A stretch of 64,000 nucleotides of DNA from positions 36,768,001-36,832,000 of the forward strand of contig NC_087436.1 in NCBI RefSeq assembly GCF_036321535.1, given 5' to 3'. Made by a program: the position numbers and the translations under genes. Numbering within the stretch: position 1 is the stretch's first letter; the number at the start of each line of letters is the position of its first letter. The notes beneath the pieces were generated by a model. The model was given only the letters and a program-made list of their open reading frames with translations, searched no databases and was not told the origin of the DNA. This stretch comes from Camelus dromedarius. Taxonomy: Eukaryota. Shown here piece by piece: positions 1 through 14,039 of this stretch.

Positions 1-203
1 GGTGCTCATTTCAAAACTGCTGTCCACATTAGAAAACAAAGTGTGGCAATTATTACTTTAGTGATATTTCAAGAAAAGTATGAAAATGTTATATAGTTTA
101 ATCAAACACAGCACCAACTAGAGATTTATCGAAGTTCCTAATTTAATGCCACCATTTCTAGAAATAGGCTTTCCAAAAAAGACTACTTTTCAAAATGAAT
201 TAC

Positions 204-322
204 CTGTAAAGTCTTTTCAAATACTACATTCAACCTATTTTCTCTCCCACTAGCATAAAGGAACGAAAATACACTTGCATCAACAGACTATTAAAGATAG
301 AACTCCACATCTTGATTTGGTC
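204..322 (-). other. Possible further non-coding exon (119 nt)
   Basis: Moderate acceptor CTATTCCTGTAG|G at 323/322 and donor CAG|GTAATT at 204/203. Stops in all three frames. Confidence 0.25.
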
Positions 323-349
323 CTACAGGAATAGGTCATTCTACAAATC

Positions 350-1210
350 AATACAAAAAATACAAATAATCTGATATTTTTTTAATGAGAAAATATACAA
401 ACAGGCAATTCACAGAGAAAAAGAATACCACTTGCAACTGGGGACAATCACAATTTATTACCCAGTAGTCATATAAGCGAAAATTAGAAAGATTACAAAC
501 AACTATATTGGCAGAAGTATGGGCAAACGCTGGTGGGAGCACTCAGACACAGTTGATGGGAGTAAACCGCCTTTGAGAAGAACAATTATCAGAACCTATG
601 AAAATGTAGATGCTTTGACTTGGGCATTTCAGTTCTAAGGCTCTATTTCTCAGAAATACTTACTCAGACACCAAGATGTTTTTTCAAGGACAATCACTGC
701 AGCATTATATGTCAAACTGAGAAAATAGAAAAAAAATTTCAATTAATAGGAAAACTGTTAAATAAATAAAACTTTTACCGTATGAAATACTCTTACCATG
801 TGAAATGATATGAAGCCTTTTTAAAAGAATAAAATAGCTCAATAGGGGATAATACAGAGAAATGTCCAGAATATATGTAATGTTAGCAGGGGAAAAGCAA
901 GTTGAACAACAAGACGTATAGTATTCTACTTATGTTTAAAAAAAAGACTATCCATTCTGTGTATCACATATATACCACATATGTATATATATACATACAG
1001 TACGTATACATGTACATATATATGGTGTGTATATATGTACATAGTTTTATTAATTGGCAAAAACATTAGCAAAGATGTTAGTGGTTACCTCTAAGAAGCA
1101 ATGGGAGATTTGGAAGAAGAATAAAGAAGGACTTTCACTTATACTCTCAATAACTAAGTATTATTTAAATGTTTTAAAACTGACATGTAATACTTTCATA
1201 ATTTAAAAAG
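350..1210 (+). mobile_element. Old L1 (L1ME-like) 3' fragment with internal (TA/CA) microsatellite at ~955-1045
   Basis: A-rich decayed L1 ORF2-end/3'UTR motifs (acaggcaattcacagagaaa; actgcagcatt; gtggttacctct). Confidence 0.6.
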
Positions 1211-1709
1211 AAAAAGGGAAGGTGGTGGCTGGAAGACAGGACACAACAGGCGAGAAAGGGGCTTTTCTTGCATCTTTAGCCTCTCCTTGTAACTATGGCC
1301 AAGGAACAGGTGACTCCCAACCCAAAAGTATCAACTTGATCATCTGTCATTCCACCATCATGTCTTTCTATAGTTCTTAAATCCTTGTCTTTTTAAAAAT
1401 TAAAGTGGAAATACCAAGCAATATCAAACTCAAAGCCTCCATCAAAACATCAGAAAGATCACTTAACATCTTAGCAAGAATTATTCGATTTGATAGCCTT
1501 GAGTGTGTAAGAATGGAAGGAAGACTAGCTGTACTGCTCTAGAAAAGCGGGAGGGGTAAGCTACAAACAAGGAAGGAAGTAAAGAACACTAAAAGGAAAG
1601 GCACCGTAGGGAGGGAGAAAGAGGAAGTAGTTATCAAGAGAAAACAGTACAATCAAAAGGTCCTGCTTCATACTGGATTGTTCCAAAAGCAGACCATTAT
1701 ACGGACTGA

Positions 1710-1935
1710 CAGCATGGACTCCACCAGACCACTTGGGCTCAAATACCAGTTCTGACATTACAGAGGTTAGGTAACTTGAACACGGGCAAGTTATCTAAGC
1801 TCTCTGCGTTCTACGTCTTCATCTGTAAAATGAGGTCACTAATAGTACCTACCTCACTGTTATATAGTGAGAATGGATGCATTCAGATATGCAAAGCATT
1901 TAAAACAACGCTGGGCATGTAGTAGGTAATATTCT
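1710..1935 (+). mobile_element. MIR SINE
   Basis: Core gggcaagtta...catctgtaaaatgagg...aatagtacctacctc. Similar MIR copies at ~4090-4290(+), 5770-6000(-), 8550-8790(+), 10480-10710(-), 13320-13530(-), 45930-46130(+), 57360-57560(-), 58140-58350(-). Confidence 0.8.
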
Positions 1936-4900
1936 GTTTAAATGCCTGATACTGGTAACCAATGCCACTGGCGTCTTGCCCATATACTGCTGACATTCAC
2001 CTCTACACAGGAAGATTATTCATTCTGAACACCTGTAACACCCTACTGCGGGAGGCTTTCTGACTGCATGAACATGCTCAGTTTGTCCTCACAGTGAGCC
2101 AGAAATGCCAGAGTTAATGTCAACGATGGCTAGGAAGTTGGTGGGTAAACACCTGCAGCTTCCCTGCTCTTGGCTTGGGATAACCCTGAGGCATATTTTA
2201 TTTGGTCTCCCAGAGTTCCCCAGTGGTAGTGAGCTCCAGATGCCCACAGTGGTAATTATAGCAGTTATCACACTGCATTGTAACTATCAATTTAGACGTC
2301 TGTCTCTCCCACTGGACAGCTAACTACTCTTTACCAATGTCTTTGCCCTACTCACTTAAATGTGCAATATCTGAGAAGTTCCTAATATGCAGTAGTCTCT
2401 CAATAAATACTTGTTTCATAAATGAATGAAAAAAATGCATCATTATAAAAAGTACATAATTATGAGTTATTGCCAAAGATAAGGAAGTATTTCCACTGTA
2501 TTCAAGGCCAAAGAGATTCCTAAGTGATCTCTTCCACACTCAAGAAAATTTAGTTTTCATTTGCTTGAGTTTAAGAGGATATTCAACACTTTGATAACCT
2601 AATTCCAAATATAACAAAAATGAAGGAGAAAAATTAATCATACTCAAATCCCTCTTACAACAATAAAGTCATAATTATTTGTACAAAAGGCATTCACAGA
2701 TCTTCAGACAATTACATTAAAGTTCTCTGAATTTAATCACAGTTCCTTTTCCATAAAGGAAACTACATGGGTTTTAAAAGTTAGAAAATAAATCAGCTTT
2801 ATAGCTCTCTTTTGAACTTCATCAACATTCATATTCTCTTCATCATCAAGCTTGAATACCTATTAGCACATAGCAGCATTCTGTATACCAGAAATTCTGT
2901 GAAGTATGTACTTTGTACACATTTCTGCATTGTTTATCCATGGGCCAAACTTGACTGATTTATACTTACTGGTACAAAATATGTACCTACTTGAAAACTT
3001 GTCAGTTTGGTTTCTGCACATACATAAGAAATTATTTTAAGATACTTGTGTAGGGGTCCCAATTTCAAAGTCATTTAAGTCTTCTTTAACAATTAAGAAG
3101 CCAGATAATTGACCCAACGGTCTCATTAAATACCAAAGGAACTGCCTAGACAGATGGCTCACCTTTCCTATGGCATAATGACATCCCCAAAGCAAAAGTA
3201 AAATATAAATCAGATTACAACATTTTTATACAAAGTGAATTTTCAAGAGTGTTTAATTCATCTGAACTGTTTCTACAATGGCTCAAGTAGTCCGAGCACT
3301 CACCAATCTAAAGGCAGAGGGCCTGAAACAAATGACTTTGTGATGCTCCTTCCAATTCTATGATGTCACACAAATAAAACATACAAAACAGAAGTACCTG
3401 CAATTGAACATCTCACATAAAAGACATGCGTAAATGTTTACATTTAAGATAGCACTGGAATGTATAAAAAGGTTGGTATTACTGACTGAGCATACAGTGA
3501 TTTGAAGGGCCCTCTATACCTAAAAAATTTTGCTCATCAGGATACAAGGCCCTAAATCTTACCATCTATTTCTTCAAATAGAGTACCAACCAATATTTCC
3601 TTTTTAAATGCAAAGATATCTTTACAGTATCTCAATAATAGCCATCATTAATTATTATCATGAGTTATTAGTAAAATTAATTCATTAAATTACTTTTCTC
3701 ATTAACAAACAGGATCCAGGAATATCACAAAAGGCCCAAGATCTCCCAAGATGGGGAAAACCTTAAAAAAGAAATGGTGAGCCAAAAAAGCAAACTTAGC
3801 TTCCTTAACAAATTTGGCCAGGGTCGGCAACTCTGTGTACATAAAGTAAAATTACATAATGTCCTATTTTGTTCATTTAAACAAACAAAATAGACAATTA
3901 CCCTCTTAAGTCAAACATATTAGGTATTTCTTTTCTCTAGCTAGTCATTCCAGGTCCCTTTCAGCCCCAGAATTCTATATGCAACAAACACAAGTTCACC
4001 TAATTAGCTAACTCTAAAGCCCAACAGAATTAGGTGGTAAAATAACACTCAATCAGAAATAACAGAAGTCCTCTGCTATACTGGCAGAGTAGGCTTTAAA
4101 GCAGATTTGAAATGGAAAGCTCCCTCCACCCCTTCCTTAGCTGTGAGATAACCTGAGCAAGTTGCTGAATCTCACTGAGCCTGTTTCCAAGTGGTAAAAT
4201 GGTCCTCTCTTCCTAAGAGAGCAAACATAAAACTCATAGCAAAGTGCTTAACAAGAAACACACTCTCAGTGGTAACTAAGCTACCGTTAATGTTCTTTTT
4301 TAAAAAATCAGTTCAACACAAGGTGAAAGCTAAAAAAAAAAAGCATACCAGCAAACAATGACTAAAATGTGTCTCATTTCTTATAAAAGAGAAAAAGATA
4401 TATTTAACTAAATAACAGAAATTTATAACCAAAAGAAATTAGTTGACATAAATGACAATCAAAAATGTACTAAGTTAATATGAATAACATAGTTCTACAA
4501 ATACCATTGAGATTCTTAAAAGCAGATCAAATACCGAAGCATACTGGTCACCAGGCAACCACTGCTGAAGTATTAACTCAGATATGGTGACCAACGATTT
4601 AAACAGTATGAATTAGCAAACTGAGCAAATGTAACTTCACGTTACATACAGAAGAATTTTTAATGTCCAAGAAGACATAACATCCAACAAAAATATTGCA
4701 CTTTAGCAGTCCTCACTTATATAGACAGAAATGTATGCTGGTTCACCTAAACACTCATAAAAAGTACAAAAAACAAAACAAAACAAAACTCTAAAAGCTG
4801 TACAAAGCATATCTACTAATAATGGGGCCAGAAGAGCTAACTTCAACCTCTCCAACAGGAAACCATGATTTCTAAATATCACCCACCTCTAAATATTCCA

Positions 4901-6424
4901 CCAGAAGTAATTACTACCTTCAGTGCATTCTTCAATGTGGCCGGTATACAAAGACATCAACAGAAATTGCCATGAGTGAAAAGCTTAATCCTCCCACTTC
5001 TATATCCCATAAATTAATGAGTTGTGGAGTTTTGTTTTCACTTTTTGTAATGGCTGGTGAACACAATCTCCAAGTTTCTGTTAATTCTTTTAATCAAGAA
5101 TTCTGTATGTCCCTTCCATCTTGATACACCAGAAGGCATAAAACTTTTAAAAGGCTGGCATCAGCAGAGTAAAATCCTAAAGAAGGGTCCTTGTAATAAA
5201 ACTTGTATTTCCACTTTCTTATCTGGCCCTTAATCTTCTGTTACCTTCTGCCTTAAGTCACATACATCAAAAAACCCCTCCCAACACATATTCAAACTAC
5301 TCACCCACTAAAAATACGGAGAGAGAGGGAGGAAGAAACTGGACATGTGTTTTTACCAACACCCATCATATTAAGTTCAAATACAATATTTTTTATTAGC
5401 CTGGTGCTATGCAGAGAGCCCAACAGATCCGTTTAACAGCCAATTCCTGTGAGCTGAAAACATTGCTACAATTGAAATTCAACCTTCATGTACATACTAT
5501 AACAAAAAGAGGCTGGCTTCAGGGAGTTTTAAGCAGATATGGCCTTATACAATACTACTGGTGACATCTGACACAGTATTTTAAATGGATATGGAGCTGG
5601 ATAGAAACATATTTTACATTTACATAAAAAGTAACAAAATACAATAAGGTCAATAGTCTAAAGTTTAGACTGTAAACATTTTAGACAATGCTATCTTAGT
5701 CTTTAAAATGTTCATTCCACAGTATTAACTCACCATTATAATGATGAGATACATCTATCACAAAATGGCTAACACTAACTCACTGCTCACTATGTGCCAG
5801 GCACTTTTCGTGTATTTACTCATCTAATCATCAGAAATAACAGTAACTACCTATTTACAATTCCCCATTTTACAGATGAGAAAATTGTGACAGTGAGAAG
5901 TGAGAAGCTAGGCACAAATACAGCTAAGACATGGCAGATTTGGGATTTGAATCTAGACAGCCTGGTTTTAGAGTCAGAGTTTAGTGTTATATTGCCTCTT
6001 ATATATGTTCATAGAAATCAGCCTGTAATTATCTTTTAGTCCTCAATTTCTTTACTATGAAAAATAAGTTCCTACCCTCCAGCTCTAAATTCTAGTTTAG
6101 GAGCTAATATTGAATGTTACCAAAATCCATATTTTGATATAAATAAATTCATATTTTGCCCACTATGGCTTTTTTTCCCCTAAAAGACTCCTCTACTAAA
6201 TCAAAGGTCAGCAATCACTTTTTAAAATTAACTACAAAGAGGCAACACATCAAGTTATTGAGCCTAATTAGCTGCAAAGGAGGCCATATTGTAAAGTGGG
6301 CCATATCTGACTGAACCACCTCCCCACTTTTCTGTACTTCTCTTTCACCTGGTCAGAAATGCTGTAACTACATATTTTTAAAGAGCTTATTTGCCCCCTA
6401 AAGAAACTGACAATTGATAGAAGG

Positions 6425-6930
6425 TGTGCGGCAGTTTTTAAATATGTCCAAAAATTATTTGATATTCCTCCCTTCAAGAGGTAGAGCTTAATTCATTCCC
6501 CTCCCAAGTGTGGGCTGGACTCAGTGATTCAATTCTAAAGAATATGGCAAAGCAATGGTGTATGACTAGGTCAAAAATGGCATCATAGCTTCCTCCTTGC
6601 TCTCTCTCTTGGATCATCTGCTCTAGGGGAAGACAGCTGCCTTGTTAGGACACTTAAGAAGCCCCAGAGAGGTCCATGTGTTGAGGCGTTGAGGCCTCCG
6701 GCCAACAGCCATGTGAATGAGCCATTAGGGAAGCAAATCCTCCAGCCCCAAATGAGTACTAGGTGACTGAAGTCCCAGCCAAGATCTTGGCTACAACCTC
6801 AGAAAGACCCAAAGCCAGAAACAACCAGTTTAGTTACTCCCAAATTCCCGACCCACAGAAACACTGAGATAATAAATGTTTTAAGCCACTAAGTTTTGGG
6901 ATAATTTCTTACTCTGCAATAGATAAGTGT
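6425..6930 (+). mobile_element. MaLR (MLT1-type) solo LTR
   Basis: Typical MLT1 text: attcctcccttcaagaggtagag... gaggcctccggccaacagcc... ttttaagccactaagttttggg...gcaatagataa. Confidence 0.8.
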
Positions 6931-7992
6931 AGAAGAAAGGTAATTTTTTAAGATATCCACAGGTATCTCTATCCTGATGGTTCATACCTGCCATCTTAAG
7001 CTAAATGAGGAGTCAGTCAATACCACACCAAGAAAACTCCAATCACGTGAGTGAAACATATCCTCTTTCTATCATAAGTGGGAGTGTCTTGTAAGAACTT
7101 TGTGGCACAAACTCTACTCTACTTCTTTCAAATTTATCCATATCCATAACCATCACCACCTCCTCTCTCCTATCTCCACAGAGGTCCATCTATAGCACCC
7201 TTGACCTGCATCCTTGTATTCCATCCCTTCCAACTTGGTCAATGATGATGCTTCACCAATTCTTCTCCCTCATTCCTCTATCTTCAAATTCTCTTTTATT
7301 AACTAAAATAACATGAAAGGTTTATTACAAATGAAAATATTTACCATATGAGTAGTGCTGTTTTCTTAGTCTTTTATATAAACCAAAAACATCCTTGTAT
7401 ATAAAACTTTTTTTAAAGAAGTACAGGTTCACAATTACCTCCCAGAAAAAAATTCACTACTCTAGTACCCTCCAGGACTCTGATGATCACTATTTTTACT
7501 AGAAGCCTGAAAAAATGGCTGATGCATGGTACTCGATGAATATTTATAAAATGAACTAAGATTTTCTTAATCATGTTTAACCATGTCTTCCACTATTCTC
7601 CATAGGACTCATAGTGAAAAGCATACTTAAGTTCAACCATACACAATATTCTATGAAGAACAAACCAAAAGTCAACTAATTTTCTTCATTTCTTTTTAAA
7701 ATCCTTTATAAAATGGGCAGATTAATGAGCAAGCAAAAGAGAAAAAGAAAGTTGACACCTGATAGAGAATCAAGCTAATGCTTCCTTTGGCTTTCTCCTG
7801 CCAATACACAAGCTAAGCACATGACTCAACTATCAGTCACATAGCATAATTCAAAAGTCAGGTAAAATGACAGGTCATGTTATACACCACCCCACCCCCA
7901 CTCCTAGACCATTTAAGCCGGTTAAATGACAACTGAAGCAGAAAGTCAGATTTCCTCTATCTGAGCTTGAATTGAAAACCCAAAATATTTAC

Positions 7993-8080
7993 CCAAGTTT
8001 TTTTTTCCAAAGTCTGTAATGTTGTTTTTCCTTTTCTTGATCTTCAGAAGGCCTGCCTGCAGTATTGCATCTTAACAAAC
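7993..8080 (-). other. Second exon, 88 nt, probably 5'UTR
   Basis: Acceptor GTGTTCTTTTCAG|G at 8081/8080 and donor TGG|GTAAAT at 7993/7992, in non-repetitive sequence 1.5 kb downstream of exon 1. Confidence 0.6.
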
Positions 8081-9399
8081 CTGAAAAGAACACCATTTTA
8101 ACTAATTATACAAGATATTCTGGCTTTATCAGCAGTTTCACCATTTCAAATCAAATGATTTGATTACACACGCACTTGCACACGCACACACACAAGGAAA
8201 ATCTTTAACATTACTCCAGTATTACATTTCCTTCTTTAAAGTTTCCAAATAAACAATACTCCTAAAACTAGAATATGACCACAATTTCCAAAGTCTTCTA
8301 AAGATTTCAAAACCACTGACTGTACTTATGCAAAGAGCATGATTTTGTAGTCAGAGGATTCCACAGGTCAAACCCTACCTTTAAAACATACTCCAAGCGT
8401 CACCTTAAAAAAGTTGTCCTCTCAAACTATTGGGTCCTTGCTGGCAAGAATGGTGCTTCTGTTTCCTTCCTGTTTCCAGCACCCAGCACAGTTTTAATCA
8501 ATGAAAACCACCTTATAATTTCTCAAGATTCTTGGGAGTGGCAAAGCACACTGATTAGGGGACTGTAAACTGGAGTCCAGTTATCTGATCTAAATCACAG
8601 CTCCGACTTTAGACAAGTTTTTGTTTTGTTTTGTTTTTTAGGGCTGTGGGATTTAGTTCTCTCATCTATAAAATAAAAGTAATAATAGGCCTTACGTGAT
8701 AGGATTGTTACGATGATTAAATGACATAATATACACACATAAAGCATGTACCACACATTAGTTCTATAAGATAAATATTCGGGTTAATTCGTCTATTTTT
8801 ATACTTCATGTATCCAGTTAACTTAAAATAAATCAGGCTCATTGCTATGCACAGAGTTGAAAGCAGCAACATGAAACCAGTTGAAACTTAGACTCTTGGA
8901 CAGTCATGGAAAACAACGATTTCCTTACAGAGGAAATTTACAAGAACTCTTTCCCTTTAACAAGCGTCCCTAAGTTGCTACTGTCAAAACTAAAGGCAAG
9001 AGGGGCAGGAGGGGGACAATTCTGCTGAAGGAAAATCAACTTCCCTTCACCTTCCTTTAGTCAAAAGATGTTTCCGCTGAAATGTACTCTCCCATAGCAC
9101 AGACTCAGCAAGCACCAATTCAGAATGCAAAACACACCACGCCTGGGGAGCAAAGGGAAGGTTTTTAAGGCTCCACTGCCCTTGGTCCAAAATCGATCCT
9201 GCGTTAAGCAGTATGGGATCTCCTGCAGCCCCGTGCTGCTAACAAGGCTGAAGCCTGCGCTTGCAGGTGCAGTCCTTCCCACACAACGGCAGGTGGGCCT
9301 CGCCCACCCACCTGATCATCATTCACAGGGCCAGCTCCTCCTGCATTAGAGACCCCAATCATCTGGCTGCCACGGCCTTTCCAGGCCTTCTCACTGACC

Positions 9400-10000
9400 T
9401 CTGACACCCGGTGTACAAGTCGCCCTGATGCAGGTAAGGATGGCAAAAGAATTAGAGATGTGTCGACGCCGCAGCAGGCTGCCGCCACGAAGCCAAACCT
9501 CTCCGACCAGGCCGAGGTCCAGAGACGCTGGGGAAAGTGCTGCCCACCCAATCCTTGATCAGCCCGACTCGTCCCCTCACCTGGGCGAGCGCCGGGGCGG
9601 CCCAGAACCGCTCCGATTTCTCTCCGGGGACGCCGAGGGCCTTGAGCGGCGGCGGCGGCGGCGAAGGCAGCTGCAGCGCCGAGCCGGACACGGCCTGCCT
9701 AGCGCTGCCCGCATCCACACCCTCTTGCCCCGCCACCCCGGCCCGCCGCCCGAAGTCTGGCCAGGGGACCCCAGGCACTGACACGCAGAGGGGCGGAGGA
9801 GGATGGGAGGGGTCCGAGTTGGAGCCGGGTGGCACTGCGGCTGCGTCAACTGGTAACGTCATACGTCACGGGGCCGGCGCCTCGAGGCACGCCACTCGAG
9901 CCCCGCCCAGGAGTTGGGTCGCCCCGCCCCTTCCCCCCCTCCCGGGCTGGGAGCAGAATCTGGACCTCGAGGTATGGGTTAGGGGCGTTATTTGAAAAAC
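9400..10000 (-). promoter_or_regulatory. CpG-island promoter of an unidentified minus-strand gene
   Basis: Sharp GC/CpG-rich island in an AT-rich, CpG-poor background. GC boxes at 9901-9908 and 9921-9930; CGTCA half-CRE motifs at 9843-9868; strong minus-strand donor at its left side. Confidence 0.9.
9581..9850 (-). other. First exon (probably 5'UTR); TSS approximate
   Basis: Minus-strand CAG|GTGAGG donor at 9581/9580 inside the island, downstream of the GC boxes and CRE sites. Contains a (GCC)n run. Confidence 0.75.
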
Positions 10001-10749
10001 CTTTTTGTTACCCACGCAAGTAATGTTAGTGAATGGCCTTCTTGAGGCCAGGAGACAGACGAGCACGGGTATGGACAGATCACCAACAAAAAGGAGAATC
10101 AGACCAGTGCTATGGTTTGAAGTGAATCCACTCAGAATAGAGAGCAATACTTTTATGACTCTCTCAATAAGAGGAGCCTGATTGTGTGAAATGCTGCTAC
10201 AGTGAATCGCTCAACTAAGTCTGTTGTTGTTATATTGATGAAAAGTGGTTTGATGCTCACCACTTTTAAAGAGAAAGGCTCTTCATATTATTAGCGAGTG
10301 AACCAAAGCAAACAACTTCCTAGAGTTACAGACTTACTGCAAATATTTTGCACACTTCTTATGTACAAGTTGTAATAGGAAAAGTGGAAAACAGTCTTAG
10401 CTCTGAAAGGTTTCGGATTGCTTGGGGCAGTTGTGGAATATGCACGTAAGACAACTAGAAATGCAAACGGTAATATACTAGCAGTAGCTAACACAGTGTC
10501 AAGCATGAGCCGGGCACTGTTCTAAGCACTTTATATTTATTGACGCATTTAATCCTCCCAAAACCCTGTGAGGTAAATACTCCCGTTTATTTCCATTTCA
10601 CAACTGAAAAACTAAGGTACAGAGTGGTTAAATAACTTGCCAAACTGTAGAGCTAGGGTTTGAACCCAAGCAGTGTGTGACTCCAAAGTTCATACGCTTA
10701 AGCATTACTGGTTTGGTTTTGTCTTGTTTTTTGTTATTATTTGTTTTCT

Positions 10750-10990
10750 TTTACATTTTTTAATTGAAGTATAGTTGATTTACAATGTTGTGTCAATTTC
10801 AGGTGTACAGCTAAGTGATTCAGTTATACAGATACATACATTCTTTTTCAGATTACTTTTCCTTTTTAGGTTATTACGAGATATTGAATATAGTTCTCTG
10901 TGTTATACAGCAGGTCCTTGTTTGTTTGTTTTTTAATCAATTTTATATATTGTAGTGTGTGTGTGTGAATCCCAAACTCTAATTTATCTG
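10750..10990 (-). mobile_element. 5'-truncated cetartiodactyl L1 3' end
   Basis: ttaattgaagtatagttgatttacaatgttgtg...tttcaggtgtacag is the reverse of the L1 3' terminus. Confidence 0.85.
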
Positions 10991-11989
10991 TATAAATTAC
11001 AGTAGACTGCCTCTTAAATTCTAAGTGCCTAAAAATCTAGTTCTGACTTCCTTCTTGGGCTGAAATACCACATCTAACATTTTTGTGTGGGAGTTCCACT
11101 TTTTCCTCAAAAGGAACACCTGTGAAGCCAAATATAAAATAAAGCCAGAAAAAGTTAAATACATGAACAATTGTACTAACTTTTATTGCATATAAGGAAA
11201 TGGAGGCCCAAGCAGGAGTGGTTGATGAAAGGACTGGATGAAAGCCAAAAAAGAAAAGCATACACCTATCTTAGTTACTTCCACCTGCCACCAGGACACA
11301 CCTACCTCCCTTACTTGAATTAACTCTTTAGAGTGTATTTCTGCATCACAGAGAAACTAATTTCAGTAGTCTTTTGCAAAGTTTGGAAGAATCTCAATCA
11401 TTCTTAATCCTTACTCCCTACTAAGGCTCCAGGATCCCCACAAAGATTCGTTTGCTACAGTCAAACAGGAAACTTTTCCCAGAGGGAAATTGTCTGAGCA
11501 CAAGTTTTCCAGACTAGAAATTACCAAGATGTCATTCAAGTTCCTCAAATCAAAAACTAAACTGAAACTAAATTTCCCTGGAGCTAAGGAAAAGAGTTAA
11601 GAGGAATGAGGGGAGAGGGAGGTGAAATTCACTGAGTGCATGGTTGGAATCTCAAAGTTTCTGATTGTACCTCCTTTCATCCCCAGGACCAGGACCCACC
11701 CTGTTACTACAGATATGCATTAGACAGCATCATAAAAAATGAAGTGTTTCTTTTATAAGCCTTTCTATTCTAAAAGTGTTTAATGTTGTCATGATTAGTA
11801 GTCTCTCTGACATTTCATTTGACTCACTAATTTTCATGACGAGGCTTACTCCCTTCACTTGTCTACCAACTACTTTCACTTTTCACCAACATGCCACCAA
11901 AATAATGGTACAACAGCAACTGTCTCCATCCACAGACTTCAGTAAGAATTGTACTAATGGTGGAAGCCCTCTAATGATTTCTTTTTGCT

Positions 11990-12790
11990 TCTTTTTAAAA
12001 AATTTTTACTTTGAAATAATTACAGGAAATTGCAAAGGTAGTATAGAGTGGTTTTGTGTACCCTTTCCCTTGTTTCCTCCAGTGGTTAAATCTTATATGA
12101 TTATAGTACAACACGAAAACCAGAAAGTTGACATTGGCATGTGTATATATAGATCATGTCATTTTATCACATGTAAAGTCATGTAACCATCACTGCAAAC
12201 AAAATAAGAGCTATTCTATCACCACAAAGGTATCTCCTCAAGCTACCCCTTCCCCTACCTGAGTCACACTTACTCCCCTTCCTGTACTACGCCTAGCTCT
12301 GGCAGGCGCTAATCTGTCTCCCATCTCTATAATTTCACCATTTCAAGAATATTATATAAATGAGAATTTATATTTACCACAACATAAGGGTAGGAGGATG
12401 AGAGGTACAAACTATTGGGTGTAAGATAAGCTTAAAGAGACACTTTACAACACAGAGAAAATAGCCAATATTTTGTAATAACTGTAAATGGAAGTAACCT
12501 TTAAAAATTGTATAAAAAATTTTTAAAGAATATCATATAAATGAAACCATTCACTACATAACCTTTAAACACTGATTTTTTTTTTTCACTCAGCACAATG
12601 CCTTTGAGACTTATCCAAGTTGTTGCATAGATCGGTAGTTTGTTCTTTTTATTGCTGAGTAGTATTCCAGGTATGATGTTCCAGTCAGATTAACCATTTA
12701 CCTACTGAGGCACATTTTGGTTGTTTCCCATTTGGGGCTATTACAAATGAAGCTACTGTGAATAATTGTGTATAGATTTTCTTTGTGGTC
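11990..12790 (-). mobile_element. Old L1 (L1MB/MC-like) 3' fragment, with a short plus-strand L1 3' end nested at 12364-12525
   Basis: L1 3'UTR motifs. The nested piece is flanked by a near-identical 19-bp TSD aagaatat(t/c)atataaatga at 12345 and 12526. Confidence 0.75.
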
Positions 12791-14039
12791 TAATGGTTTA
12801 AAGAAGAAAAAGGTATGAAATTTTCTTTGTCTTCATTTCTTTTGGCCCATTGCAGAGGGCTGTTTCCTTAAGCCAGGGCCAAGGTGAACTATATCTCTTT
12901 CAACTTTGTCCCCTTGGTTACTCTCATTTGCTACTCTAGGCTCCCATACAAAGGCCAGCCTCTGAGTCAGATTAAATCAGGCTTTCATGGTCTGCCTGAA
13001 ATTATCCTCCTCATCTCCTTTTGGGGGTTATTTCATTTTTCTATAAAAACTTTAAAAACAAGAAATATCTTCAAGTTTAAAGAGCTTGAATGGAATAAAT
13101 CTCTAATGGTGTAATTCCAGGCATAGTAAAAGGATTATTTAAAGATAAAAGGGAATTCTTTGAAAATAATCAACAGAGATAGCCACCAAATTAACCAAAT
13201 TTAGTTGATTGCTAATCATTGATACTTTTATCATGAAAATATTTTACTCTAGGGTAAAATAAAATGTGCTTCAAAAACTAAATTAAGTATATACTAAGAA
13301 AATTTTTTAAGTTAAATATATAGTAAGTGCCAGGCAACTGGCTAATACCTGATATATATTATTTCATTTAATTCATACAAACCCACTGTGTAGATACTAC
13401 TTGTGGATGAGAAATTTTAGAAAAGTTAAGTAACTTGCCCAAGGTCACTAAAGCTAGAAAGTGAAACCAGAACCTGAATTCAAGAGAGTCTCACTCCAAT
13501 ACCCATTATTTTTCACTACTCCACACTAGATCCATGTTAAAAAAAAAAAAATTCTCCAATTGTAGTACTACAACAAATAATGTAAAACCACAACTACTTT
13601 ACAGATAATTTAAAAACAATGATGTCAAAGCAGTATATTATCTGTATTTTAATGCATAAAGAAATTTAATACCACCAAGTTCAATATGTTAAAGTTGTTT
13701 CGAATGCTTAGTTCAGATTTTTATTTCACTCTCATTTAATAATTTCTTAAAATCACAATTTCTTTATGTACATACCTGAGTGTTCCTCAAGTTGTTATAT
13801 ACTTTTCATAACACCAGGATACCAGATGAAGTTCCTTCTCTCTCTCACACATGCACGCACAAAATTAGTAACATCAATAAGTCTATAAAAACAAAAAAAA
13901 AGAGAAAAAATTTTAATGGTTTCCAATATTATTTCCCAATAAACCTGCCAATTTCTTTCATTTCACTTACCCCCAGCCAATGCAGTCCACAATTCAAGCT
14001 TCTGTCATGCCACAGTGTCCCAGGAGTCACCATTGCTAG

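Noticed and set aside
7993..9850. Gene name for the minus-strand gene
   Set aside because: Only UTR-like exons are visible and I do not recognise them; a BLASTN search is needed.
9061..10147. Many overlapping 64-152 aa ORFs on both strands of the CpG island
   Set aside because: Expected from stop-codon scarcity in GC-rich DNA; low-complexity products with no recognisable domain.
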